From: Tubulanus polymorphus
Lineage: Eukaryota; Animalia; Nemertea
Assembly (NCBI RefSeq): GCF_964204645.1
Contig: NC_134036.1
Location: 2,232,001 to 2,296,000, forward strand
Length of the DNA: 64,000 nt
Direction: 5' to 3'
The position numbers and the translations under genes are program-made. Positions 28,722 to 41,065 of the stretch are shown here, one piece after another. The notes beneath the pieces were generated by a model. That model was given only the letters and a program-made list of their open reading frames with translations, had not been told where the DNA came from and did no database searches. Every line of letters starts with the position of its first letter. Positions within the stretch are counted from its first letter, which is position 1.

Positions 28722-29454
28722 AGACAGAATACATTGGACGACATTGGACAAATACGTTGGACAAATACATTGTAAATTTGCTAGATAAATACATTAGACA
28801 AAATACAATGATTGCTTCATGTCAGTTATAAATCATGGACTACGATAAGTTCAAACTTATCCATCAAAACAAAAAAAATATGGAAAAAATGATGGTAAAT
28901 AAAGTGAGATAATTGATAATGAGCAAGAGTGGGAAAAAAGGATACAGAGAAGGGAGAGAGGAGTAATGGATGAGAAGGGGAGAGAGGGGGAGAGTGGGGC
29001 GATAGAGGGAGAGTGGACAATGAGAGTGAGAGAGGAAAAGAAGATAGTGGGAGATGGAGGGAGAGAGAGGGGGTGAGGAAGAGTAGGAGAGAGATAAGGT
29101 TGAACGAATGACTCCACATTCGATCACGCACTGAACTACGTTTAGCTATATTTGTCTAAGATTAAGCCATTAGCGGAGTTTACTCAGACTAAGTCAACAA
29201 CTGCAACCGGGAGTTTGAGACCCGACCGTACATCCGGGTTACATGTATGTAGTGCAACTTGGCGACAAATTTATGTGTTATGTGCAAATTTGTTCCCGAG
29301 TCTATTAGTTATCGGTTACCAGGTACGAGTTCCGGTGAATAGTTACTCCTACTAGGAAATCGTAATCTTCACCCCATACTAATAGTCCGACTTGCCGGGT
29401 TGTGCCATGGACGTACTCTTGTTTATGGGTCCATGGTTGAAGATAATGTCATGA

Positions 29455-29730
29455 ATGGTGCTGCTACCATAGCTGTGAGGGGAGGGGAGGTTATTTGAAG
29501 GTGACGTCACTAGGGTGCCGCTGCCATAGCTGTGAGGGGAGGGGAAGTTGTTTGAAGGTGACACCACTGGGTGCTGATACCATAGCCGTGAGGGGGGAGT
29601 TATTTGAAGGTGACGTCACTAGGGTGCCGTTACCATAGCTGTGAGGGGAGGGGAGGGTATTTGAAGGTAACGTCACCTAGTAGGGTACTGGTCTGCCAGG
29701 GGAGGGGAAGTTATTTGAAGGTAACCCCAC
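29455..29730. repeat. Tandem repeat of about 60 bp
   Basis: CCATAGCTGTGAGGGGAGGGGAGGTTATTTGAAGGTGACGTCACTAGGGTG recurs 4-5 times. Confidence 0.9.
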
Positions 29731-31149
29731 TAGCAAGATCTTCCAAATGGACCAGCATATCACTGACTCTGGTTCTTGTCGTTTCCCCAGTGGTTTGCGT
29801 TCGACGGTCAATGACTTCTCCTTTCGGCAGACGAACAAATGGAAATATCGGACGAAAAATCATGTCGCTTGAACTCCACTGGGAGCGGAGCTTGTTACCG
29901 GCTACCAAGCGGCTGATATACGGGTTAATGTCGCGGCTGATGACGCTAATGGTGCTCTCAAATCGGGTTACAGATTGAGAAAATTTGTATTTTCGACAGA
30001 TTCACCCAGTTATTGTAGATAGGTTGCAGCAAAAACACGGCATAGATGGTTATATAAAAGTGCTTCAAAGTGCTCTGAAATCCAGTTCCAGATCGAGTTA
30101 ATCATAGCGTGCAAGCTGGTATCTCGCATTTTCGATATTTTAACTGATAGGTTGCAGCAGAAAAAAAGGCATTACATGGAATTATAATCTCACAGTATTT
30201 ATTTTAGCAAAAACATAGAATATGAAGGCAGAAATTTAGATACAGGACCATTTCACAGCAGCAATTTGATGATGTCATAGGGAGACTTATGTAGGCTGCC
30301 ATGTTTTCTGTAAGCGTCTATATCACAGCATGAATTTGATGATGTCATATGGAGAATTGAGGCAGCGGCCATTTTTTCTAGCGGCTGAATTATTGAAGTC
30401 ATATGGGGATTTGAGAGGGCGGACATACATATATGACTATAAGCGGTTTTCAGAGGTAATCATTCCTGTCAAAAAGAAATCGGCCACCTTTTCTGCAAGG
30501 GTATCAAAGATGCGCAGACTTCATGGAGGCTGTTATGGGTAGGATATTCGTTACTGCAAGGTTCATTCAACTACGTAATAGAAAGTGTTCCACGCAGAAA
30601 CAGACGCTCTAAGAGACATCGCTCGGTGCTTCAAAAACAAGTCCCGCTTGTCGAACTTCTTAACGTCTTAAGATTCTCGACGTAAGCCTTAGCATTTACG
30701 ACGTTAAGCTTTTCTTTCCGTTCCTGAGCGGATCAACATCTTCAGATCCGGTTCCAGATCAAAGCTGGAGGCTTTAGGGGAGATTTCCTGTTCCACTCGG
30801 ACCAGGGTTTGGTTGCGAACTGGTGCAAATAGTTCGTACACGAATAGCGCGTGCGGTATTCCCAGGGTACGTGAACCACACCTGAGCTAGTCAAATCTGG
30901 AATGTAGGTTGATATGTTTCTAGGCGCTTAGAGGATGAAAGTGTAAAAGGAAAGTCTGACGATGGAAAAGGTTTATCCACAGGAGTTGGGGAAAGCAGAA
31001 TAAATGAACCACGCCGGAGCAAATCTTCTCATCTGGAATATGAGTAAATATATTTTCGGCGCGTAGAAGATAGGAGAAAGTGTAAAAGGAAGGTTTATCC
31101 ACAGGAGTTGGGGAAAGCAGAATACCTGAACCACACCGGAGCTAGTCAC

Positions 31150-31293
31150 CTGGCTCCAGTTGCACAGTCGTGACTTAAGTCCAAAAGTGGTCCTAAATGT
31201 TTAGACTGGTCTTAATTTGTTAGATTGGCGATATAACTAAGTTAGTCTTAGACTGGTCTTAAGTCTAAGCCATGACTTTGCAACCGGCCCCTG
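31150..31293. mobile_element. MITE, family D
   Basis: Same internal sequence as 43119-43262, with a CTG duplication; an empty paralogous site is present near 30885-30930. Confidence 0.85.
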
Positions 31294-32035
31294 GAATGTA
31301 GGTTGATATGTTTCTAGGCGCTAAGAGAATGCGAGAAAGTGTGGGAAGGGCTGACGATGAAAAAGGTTTATCCACAGGAGTTGGGGAAAGCAGGAGGGAA
31401 AAGATAAACGTAGGGTAAGGGTGGGTGCGAAGATGAGACTACGGATGATGAACGGGAGGTTAACAGAGATGACAATGAAATGGAACAAAGTGCAAGGAGA
31501 GTAGAGAGGAGAGTGTTTAGAATAGGAGAGGGCATAGAATAGAATCAAGGCACGAATAAGGGCGAGAGGATAACGCGAGAGTGAGAGAGGGAAAAATTGG
31601 AGCCAGAATCAGTGAACAAGTCGAATGCAATATGGACACGTATCAATTCCTTCATGAAAGTCATTTTTTCGCGTCCTTTCTTCTTTTTCGTTGCTCGTCG
31701 AGGATGAAAACAAAAAGGAAACGAACGCGAAAGGGAAAGGACAAGAGGAATTAATGCATAAAGATCAGCTACAGCACCAACAGCAGCAGCAGCAGCAGTA
31801 GACCCCGGAGCGGATTGAGCTTTATTGAGACACTACGTGTGATAAAGAGAGAGGGGCGAAACTTATACTCTGCAATAGATCAGAGCAGATTTGTTCAAAA
31901 ATTGACTTATCGACAACCGAGATAGAACTGTAGACACGACAGCAAGTGCGATGGGTGGAACGGAGGATAGAGACAGAACAGTGGGATGAAATATCACATC
32001 TTTTTAAAGTTATTACCAGTCTATAAAACCAGACC

Positions 32036-32178
32036 TTGGGTCAGTTGCACAGTCGTGACTGAAGTCCAAAGTTGTCTTAAATCTAAAGACTGACCTCAAT
32101 TTGTTGGATTGGCTTTAGAACTAAGTTGGTCTCAGACTGGTCTTAAGTCAAATGTCACGACTGTGCAACCGACCCCAG
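32036..32178. mobile_element. MITE, family D
   Basis: GGGTCAGTTGCACAGTCGTGAC...GTCACGACTGTGCAACCGACCC. Confidence 0.8.
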
Positions 32179-33247
32179 GAATTTATTGCGTTAAAAACGA
32201 CGTGAACCTTTTCTTTCTCTCCCAATCTTCACTGGGTATCTTTTCCTTGACCATTTCTGCGATATCATAAACAGTGTTGATGATTAAAAGCGACAGATGA
32301 GGAGCGATTGGGATTAAAACGAAATTAAAGGTTCGAACATGACGGAATTAACGGACTTAAGGGAAGTAGTGGAAATAGGGTGTGAAGAAAAGTGTAATAA
32401 ATGTAGAATTGGTCGTCGAGAGTGCGATGTGGGAACGGGTAGAGTCTAACAACAGAAGAATCGATGATTACAAAAATAAGGAAAATAAAGAAACGGCCCG
32501 AGTAGAACCAAATCACGTTTAAACGATAGATAGCAGCATTACACTATTGATCTATTACACTATGAATTACGGCCATTTGTTAGTGCGTTGGCAAATTCAT
32601 TGCCAGTACCATTGAAGCCCAGGACAGAAAATTGGCAATTTATTCTCTCGGCTTTCTGCTGTGTGTTGCAATGTGTAACGGCCACACACGGGAACAACAG
32701 CAGCAGACGATATCATCTATTTCTGTTTGAGATTATATGAAAGATTAATATCAGTCGGTATTTCATTAAGCGGCAGACGATAGATAGATAGGGAGTATGA
32801 ATAGAATCAGTCTCTAACTGCTCTCTCCTTCTCCCTCCCTCACTTTCCCATTTCTCATTTAGATTCATTCAATAGGGGAATCACTGTCCGCTACCGTGTA
32901 CAATAAATACTTGTAGACATTTATTAACTCGTGCTCATAATAAACGATTTGTCTATGGTCATTACGAGTTTTGTATGAATTCATTAATCACCCATCAAAT
33001 GAACAAGAAAGTCCATGGTTATTTCGGCATCAATTCAGCATAATGCATATGAAATGATAGTTTTGTTGGAACTCAAATACACGGAAAAAATCAGCACAAC
33101 TAGCATTAATGCCTACTAGCAATTCCCTCAAACAGCCCACAGTATTTGTTACATCGGCATTATGAGTGAATAGCGAACTAGACACGCGACTGGTCACCAC
33201 CGACAATACAAACTTTCATACTCAGCCAGCCTGCCAACACGTCCAAC

Positions 33248-33325
33248 ACGGTTCGATGGTCTAGTGGTTAGGGCCTAGGGCTGGCATGTAAGAGGTTACA
33301 GCTTCGAGTCCCGATATGCTATATT
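33248..33325 (+). pseudogene. tRNA-like relic / tRNA-derived SINE head
   Basis: A-box TGGTCTAGTGG and B-box-like GCTTCGAGTCC at tRNA spacing, followed by a T-run; stems are degenerate. Confidence 0.5.
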
Positions 33326-33739
33326 TTTTCCTGGATCGTTTTTAGATTAGCACCGAATTTTTTCTTCCATTACGGGAAAATGAGATATTTTCAAAGATGT
33401 CAATATTCAAATAAGGTTTCGGAGAAATAAAAAAATAAAAACAATAATTTTTTTCTGCTTCATTTAAACAATAAAACAGAGGGGATTGTATCAGCAGCAG
33501 TAGCACCCGTCTTAGGAATCAAGAGCCGTCTCAAATCAAACCCGGTGACGAGAAGGTGAAGAAAGGCAGAAAGACAGACGAACGTCTCAAGTAGGAGGTG
33601 GAATACGTCCTTACATCAGCAGACGACGGATTAACTGCGATGGGAGATTAATTCGGCGTAAAGAACCAAACACAACAAAACATCACAAAATATGATGATG
33701 GACTTAAATCTCGGGATGATAACATTCCTGAGTACAGCT

Positions 33740-34072
33740 GTTGCTACTCGTGGTTCTGGTGCTGCTACTGGTGGTCCTGGTGCTGCTGCTGCTACTGGTG
33801 GTTCTGGTGCTGCTACTGGTGGTCCTGGTGCTACTGCTGCAACTGGTGGTTCTGGTGCTGCTACTGGTGGTCCTGGTGCTACTGCTGCAACTGGTGGTTC
33901 TGGTGCAGCTGCTATCGGTGGTCCCGGGGCAGTTGCTGCTAATGGTGGTCCTGGTGCTGCTACTGGTGGTTCTGGTGCTGCTACTGGTGGTCCTGGTGCT
34001 GCTGCTACTACTGGTGGTTCTGGTACTGCTGCTATCAGTGGTCCCGGGGCAGTTGCTGCTACCGGTGGTTTT
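33740..34072. repeat. Triplet-based minisatellite (GGT/GCT/ACT/CCT units)
   Basis: Repeating GGTGCTGCTACTGGTGGT(T/C)CT. Confidence 0.9.
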
Positions 34073-35941
34073 GCAGCAATAGCTGTTGTTGTTGCCGCTT
34101 ACAATCCCGAGTCCTGTTGGTCAAGCGAAGACTTTGAGACAGAAAAAAGATTCTTTTGAGAGATGAGAATAAAATGTGAGCAATTTAAGTTAAAGAGGAG
34201 AGAAACGATGAGGGAAGAGGAGAATGAAAGATGAGGGAAATGAGGAATTAATTTACGAGGAAACAGGTCAGAGATTAGAGAATGGTGCGATAATAACGAG
34301 GGGGTAAGGAGAGAGGATGTGATACGCAGTAAGAGATGGGAGTAGTTGGGGGGAGTGAGTGGGAGATCGTTTCTAAAAACATCGCCTCGAGGTGTAGGCA
34401 AAGTTCTTTTTTATCATGTGTAGTGTAAAACATAAATCTTTAAAGGATAACATGACATACCGGCCGATTAAACACACTCGAATTCAAACAGACAACTTGT
34501 TATTTTAGATAAAACACGTGAAAACCACCATCAAAACAAAACTTGAACCGACAAAAAAAAAGATTTTACGCTCGAGAGAAATAGAATAAAGACGCTTAAC
34601 GTTTTTACAGTTATATGTTTGCAAGGAGGGTGAAACGAAGGCAGAGAGAGAGAGAGAGAGGGAGGGAGACAGATATAGGCTAGCAACGGCTAGAAACAGG
34701 TCAGACGAAGGACTCTGATAAATTCCCCAGCGTAAATTTTGATTTCATCTAGATTTAGTTACACGTTTTCTGTGTTTTGCATTTATTAACTGAGAATTGG
34801 GTCCTTGCTAAACGTTAGGAGGAAGGAGACAGATATAGGCTAGCTACGGCTAGAAAGAGGTCAGAGGAAGGACTTTGATAAATTTCCCAGGCTAAATTTT
34901 GTTATCATCTTAGTCTAGTTACGCGTTTTGTTTTTCTGCATTTATTGCTTCAGCAATTACAATTGAGCGGAGATTTTTAATTATCAAAAGCCTTGGAAAT
35001 CCGGGGCACAAATCTTGTTTATCGGAAGCACTTGCAACTCGATAATCTGATTAATAGTCTTGTCACATTTTCTTAATTAAATATGCGAATTATGACGTCA
35101 TTCAATGGAACAGAATCCTTCAAAGGAAGCCCAATAAATATACAATTTACAATTAAGGATTTATTTCTCGATTTGTCATTATCGACTTCAAAGGTTACAT
35201 TGTTACAATGAAGGTCAGTGATTCGACTTTTGGTGAACAACATAATCAAATGAAGCCCTATAGAAGCGGGAGAGGCAGAGATAAGTAGGAAAGTTGAAAG
35301 TGTAAATAAAGATGAAAAGGTCCGAGAGGGGAAATAAGGTCACACTATGATTTTCATAGACAAATGACCGTCTGATATCGGTATCGTAAAAGCGACGATG
35401 AAATGAAATAACTAGAAGACGTTTTGTCGCAATTCTATGATTTTGAAAATGGTCAGTGTAGATCTTCTAGTCTTTCTCATTTTGATCGAGGGTTTGTACG
35501 GTATCAATAGCAGACGGTCAATAGTCTATGGAAGCCATGGGTTTTTCGTTTTGAAGTCCCTGTTAGGATCGATTTTCGCAATAAGTGAAAACGAGGAAAC
35601 AGAATATAAAATCTCCACACTTTCTTAGACCAGATAAATTCGTGGAGAACTATCTCAGCTAGTAATACTAGAAGCGATAAGAGCTGACTCGCGTATACAT
35701 CAGACACTGATAAGAAAGTGATAAGAGATCAGGATAAAACAGTATAAATAGGCGAATAGTGTTATGATTATATTAGTAAGCCCCCACAGAGGCCTTTAAT
35801 TGGTCAGACCAAGAGAAATGTCACAAAGGCCGCAACAGTAGCCTTTCAGAAACATGACACAAATTCCACAACAGAAGCCTTCCTTCGGTAAGACTTGGAC
35901 ACGATATGAAGGCCCAAACAATAGCCTTCCATTTATCAGAC

Positions 35942-36073
35942 CTGGGGCCGGTTGTATAGTCATAGCTTAGACTTAAGACCAGTCTAAGACCAACTATAGC
36001 CAATCTAACAACACAACATTAGTCTTAAGTTTTAAGACCAATTTTGGAGTCACGACTGTGCAACTGGTCCCAG
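35942..36073. mobile_element. MITE, family D (opposite orientation)
   Basis: GGGCCGGTTG...CTTAAGACCAGTCTAAGACCAACTATAGCCAATCTAACAA...GTGCAACTGGTCC. Confidence 0.8.
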
Positions 36074-36287
36074 GAGCTCAGACCTAGGGACTTGATGGGT
36101 AGAAGCATTGCCAAAGAAGGCCTCGCAGTAACCGCAAAGTCCGCTGAGAACTCGGGACAATGACCAGGCATGGATAAGGTTCAAGAAACACGCATAGAAA
36201 ATGAGAAGCTGATACGTATTAATGCAACCGTTAGCTTCATCAATAACAATACTTGGTATTCAAGTGGTGCAAAATATGTAAGGGGCA

Positions 36288-36360
36288 ATAACCGAGAGTT
36301 GATGCACTTGGTTATCAGACTCCCATTACTGAGTTCACGGGTTCGAATCCTGCAATATGT
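36288..36360 (+). pseudogene. tRNA-like relic / SINE head
   Basis: Degenerate A-box TGATGCACTTGG and perfect B-box GGTTCGAATCC. Confidence 0.4.
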
Positions 36361-38299
36361 TTCTTTAATCAATATCAACAAAGCTTAGTCGTTTCTCTCG
36401 AACTGAGGACCTTAACAACAGTGGAACATGTGGAAATGTGGATTTGCGTGGTATTGTAAGTGGACTTTAGGATGATTTAGCAGCGGGACGAACAATGAAA
36501 GTGGAAGAGTGGATATGTGTGGAAGAGTTAAGAATGGACACACTATCCTTTCTCTATTGATTAAGCAGCTATTGCAACAGTGAAAGCATTCGGCTATCAA
36601 ACACTATTGACAAATGCTATGATTGATGGAAATAACCTCTACAACACTTTAACAGAGATAAAAGGGGTACTATATCAGATCTGCTGACATTCCAGGTTCT
36701 CCTTGACGGGATCTGGCAAGGACACAATCAACGAAAATGTAGAAAATTTGAGAAGTTGCAGCCCGCAATGGCGGCAATACTATAGACACGTTCAGAAAAG
36801 AAGGATTTTATTATTTTACCCCCTTGGGGCCCGCTTAGCCATCGTGAAATTGTCGGTAGGCGCTTCTGGGGACTCTTAAATTGTGGCTACATGCTTAAAT
36901 CCCCCTATGACATCATCAAATTGAGATGTGGTGATATAGGTACTTCTAGAAAAGATGGCTGCCTTCACCGATCACCCTATGACATCATCGAATTGATGCG
37001 GCAATAAACAGATAATGATTTGGCAATTGGTGGAACGCACTAAATCATGAAAACGAATTTCAAAGTTTAGAAAGAAAGTAAAAAGTAATTTTGCAGTCGA
37101 GAAAATCTATAAGCGGTTTCGTAGCAACGGTAACAATGTGGGCGGATGTAGAGGAGAAATCGAGAACAGACTTTAATCGAGCGACAAGTAAATGACACTC
37201 GTCGTTAAACATTAGCAAAGAAAGATTCGTCGTCGTCGTCTCATCTGCGACGGACGGACCGAAAATGATCCGCGTGCGCAAATAAAACCAAAAAACAAAC
37301 AAGAACCGATGATATCGATCGAGGAATCGAGGTTATAAACTGTTCGGGGTTCAAGGACGGTGTGGATCGGTAGGGGAGAGAGATGCGCGAGTATGTTGTT
37401 GTTGGAGCAGAGAGAGATAGAGATAGAGAAGGGAAGAAAAAAGATTAATGATGACTTTAATCGTGTTTTTTATGTTCGGCTACTTTCCCCGTGTAGTATC
37501 GTCAGCTATGCATAGTAAATTATTCGGATCTGTGATTTATTCATCTAGTGAACGGTTTGAAAACTCAACGGCCGTACATTGTTGCGAGGTTACTAACCGC
37601 AACGGCAGTGAATACGATGATGAGTAGATTGAGTTATATCTAGTTAGACAGTAATGCGAGTTTACAATTTAACTCAAGGATACTTTATTTAACAAGGTGA
37701 AAAGTCGAAGGTTTAGTTTTAAGAAATACTGATCGAGCCTTTAGACAGGTTGAGGTCATCCATTAAGCCCGGTATTCTTTTTTTACGCTAACTTTTTGTA
37801 AACAACTATTAGACTTGATGAAGAGTGAAAGCCAGTAAATGTTAAACTTTCCACAATGAATAGAATCTGGTAGTTGGAAGAATAAATTGAACCAGAGTTA
37901 TTTCATGGTTTCGATAAACGACGTAAAATTTACGACAATTTATAGACATACGACATACAACACCTTACACACAGGTACAAAAAAATATCAAACAATATTT
38001 CAATCAAAGGATTATCATACATCAATTAACCAACCAATCAATCAATCAATCAATATCGACCCATAAAATGATTTCAACCTTCAATATATTAAATTGAAGG
38101 GTTATTATGAATGAATCAAATCAATCAATTAATCAATGTACCAATAAAAACGATATTACGCCGATATCTCGCTACATTTTCAAGCACTTCGAAAAATCGT
38201 TTGGCAAAATTAACAAAAACATCTTTTACGTTATTTCCGATTTAGCGAGATTACGCCTCAGGCAAAAACCTTTATTAGATCACTGTATGAAATACTTAC

Positions 38300-38566
38300 T
38301 TCCGTATCTTTTGCCGATATTCTGCTCGTAAGCCCTGACTAAATCCGCCTTCGGCGACGAACTAATTTTCTGCAGATGGTTATAAAAATCCGTCCTGAAT
38401 CTCTTGTGTTTTTTCAAGATTTTGATGATGGCGCTCATAGCTAGGTAACAGTAGCCCATAGACTTACTGGTTTGTCCTTCCGGGTCATAAATTCCGAACA
38501 GACGAGTCCAACCGTAATGATCCATAATAGCGATCAACGTGTCGGCCAGTATCGTATGATGGGTCC
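38300..38566 (-). CDS. Coding exon 2 of the same receptor (267 nt, phase 1-1)
   Basis: Acceptor CGAATAG|GG at 38567/38566 continues the frame: (G)THHTILADTLIAIMDHYGWTRLFGIY...CYLAMSAI...NIGKRYG, including the HYGW motif of NPR ectodomains. It ends at a consensus donor GGAA|GTAAGT (38300/38299), at the position where NPR-type genes have a phase-1 intron before the 'IVILC' strand. Confidence 0.88.
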
Positions 38567-38619
38567 CTATTCGATATATCGATATACATGAATATTTTGA
38601 TATCTCATTTTTGAAATTT

Positions 38620-38654
<35 letters not shown>

Positions 38655-38942
38655 CGGCTTTATTTCAGGACCAAGGAATCTCGAAATTCTTTCTGATATT
38701 TTTTTTGAGTTGTTGACAATATTTGGTGAAAAAATTAAAGTATCAATCTAAGGCCTGGATTGGAAAAGTTCCTTCCCCAAAATATCATGTCAACATTCAC
38801 CAATAGAGTTAGATTTAAGACACTGACGACACGACTGTCCATTAATTGGGCCGTGGAGTTTTTCTTAAAAATAATTTTCTTTTTTTTTTAAGAAAGAATT
38901 TCGAGATTTCGACGCAATATAAACGCGAAATTAAATATGTAC

Positions 38943-39444
38943 CTATTCGCGTCAGAACTTTATATTCGGTCGATTTATTCTCGTCGAAGTCGTTAGCGAA
39001 CGCGCCCGATGTTATCAGCGGTATCTTCCAATCGAGCGTCGAGTATCGAGCTACGGGGGCCATCGCGTAATCGCAGATCGGACCGAAAAACACGTCTGCG
39101 GCGTTGTTCATAAAAAACCTGAACGCCCTGACCGGTGCTTCCCCCTGGGAGCATTTACTGTCCTCGTATTTAACCTCGAGTTCGTACTCGGGTAGGATTC
39201 CCATCCGTTTAACGGTTTCGATGCCGATCTGTATCGCCGGCGAAACGGAACGGATATTCACGAAATAGTGCTCCGCGCGGGGAAATAGCGCAGCGATACG
39301 GATCGTTCTACCGCGCGACCGATTCACGCACGGTCGCATTATGTGTAATCCTCCGCCGCTAGAATCGGCGCGAACTAGTTCCAAGCGAGCGTTGACGAGT
39401 ACGCATAAAACGATGACGTATTTCACAGCGATTATTAACGACAT
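38943..39444 (-). CDS. Coding exon 1 of a natriuretic peptide receptor / receptor guanylyl cyclase-like gene (signal peptide + N-terminal ANF-receptor periplasmic-binding-fold domain)
   Basis: ORF 38842..39444 has a hydrophobic signal peptide (MSLIIAVKYVIVLCVLVNA) and family motifs PAIQIGIETV, YEDSKCS, DVFFGPICDYAMAPVARY, WKIPLITSGA and EYKVLTRIG. Similarity stops at the donor ATAG|GTACAT (38943/38942, phase 1). Confidence 0.92.
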
Positions 39445-39612
39445 CGTGCGCGTGCGCGTGAATTCCCCTTTTTCGATAGCTGTACAGTTTTTTCTATGAC
39501 GTAAAATGGCGGCGGTTCATATTCCGGTCGCTAGGGGGCGTAGTTGTGAATCCGATCGGTAGTACGCATGCGCGGTATATTCCGACACGATATCCGGTCG
39601 CACGGCATCATC
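39445..39612 (-). other. 5' UTR part of first coding exon
   Basis: Acceptor-like GTGGTTTTCAG|G at 39613/39612, upstream of the ATG at 39444. Confidence 0.5.
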
Positions 39613-40704
39613 CTGAAAACCACGTGACAATTTACATCTCCGCAATTTATTCACGATTTTACGTTAAACGGTCGAATAAAATAAAATCGATATTTCCAGT
39701 CGCCGATAACCGATAAGAATACCCGATCAATCTCGTTTGGCGGAGACGATCTATTTTAAGCCCCTAATTTGAAATGCTATCGTTTTATCGGAAAAACGGT
39801 CAACGTGAGATATCGAAATATTTTTCAATTTTTTACGGGCTCCTTTTTCATTATTTTCCGGCAAGGAACTACAGGTGCACTTTATTCCAATCCACTAAAA
39901 ATACTTTCTGGTAATCGACACACAAATTGAACACAAATCTGGCGCGATCGAATCCTTAACGGTTTTAATCCGATAAACGAATGATATACGTCTCGTTATC
40001 GTCTGCTGAACATAAATCGTCCAATAAACAGTTCACAACAGCAGCAGCAGCAGAAGGTATTTCCAGCTAAATCGGTAAATAATTTAAGAAATAAGTAAAA
40101 GAGCGAAATAGGCAGAAACTGGACTTCAGAAAACAAACGAACTCAAGGAGACTCAAGAGTAAGCCCAAAATTGGGCCGAGAGCAAGCCCAAAAGGCTTAG
40201 AACATGCCTTAGGTTAGGCCCAGAGTATGCCCAAAGTTAGACCCAACACACACGGCAAGCAAAACAAGATTTTCATTGTGAAAATCAATTTCGACGTGTT
40301 GGGTTTCGCAAGGAGTTTCAGGACCCATAGTTGTAAGTTAAGATTGGACCTAGTCGGAGTGATCAGACTGCAGATTACTGTAATTCAGTCTGACAACTCA
40401 AAGATTTGACTCAGTGTTAAATCATCGAAAATGAATTGATTTCACTTCTAACTCACAACTGTGTAACTGGGTCGAGCTTCACTTTTTGGTTACCCTCACT
40501 CTCTCCCAGAGTCGATGCTAGTTTTCTGGCCGGTTTCTGCAAGGTCTGTGTCCAAAAAAACGTCTCGGTCCAGTCAGAAGTCAAAAAGCTCGGTCAATTA
40601 AAATTCTCCAGAAACCAAAATACATTTTCCTCGGTCCAAAAAAACTGGACTACAATATTTCTTAATTCTAATAATAATTAAACTTATTTTTTCTAGATTC
40701 TTGC

Positions 40705-41065
40705 CGAATTAACTGAAGTCGTTGAGAACATATGCCGCAAAGCAGCGCAAAGATTATTCTGAATATAAAAAACCTGAAACTCTAGGAATAATTTTTCCAG
40801 GAAGCTAAGTCAATAAATAACATTGAGAGGGTAGAAGAAATCCTTCCATTTGTCTTGAAATTACAAAAGGCCATAGAAAAAAAAATCAACGAACTAACTG
40901 AAGTTGTTGAGAACATATGCCGCAAAGCAGCGAAAAGATTATTCTGAATATAAAAAACCTGAAACTCTAAGAATAATTTTGCTAATAATCGAATTTCATG
41001 ACATTGAGAAGGAAGATGAAATGCTTCCTTTTTTCCTAAAATTATAAAAGGCCATAGAAAAAAAA
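40705..41065. repeat. Tandem duplication of about 185 bp
   Basis: TAACTGAAGT(C/T)GTTGAGAACATATGCCGCAAAGCAGCG...AAAGGCCATAGAAAAAAAA occurs twice. Confidence 0.9.

Larger units (their letters stand above)
1..38299 (-). other. Giant intron (>38 kb) of the receptor gene
   Basis: Begins at donor GTAAGT at 38299. No downstream exon resembling the expected continuation (VIxCAS...REIM) was recognised before the window edge. Confidence 0.7.

Noticed and set aside
33248-33325. Functional tRNA gene
   Set aside because: The acceptor and anticodon stems do not pair, so it is kept only as a relic.
33692-34159. Gly/Ala/Thr-rich 155-aa ORF resembling silk or elastin
   Set aside because: It arises from a triplet minisatellite that is open in several frames, lies antisense in an intron, and has no supporting gene structure.
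38842-38942. C-terminal tail of the 200-aa ORF (TYLISR...PRPN)
   Set aside because: This is read-through into the intron after the donor at 38942; family similarity resumes in exon 2.
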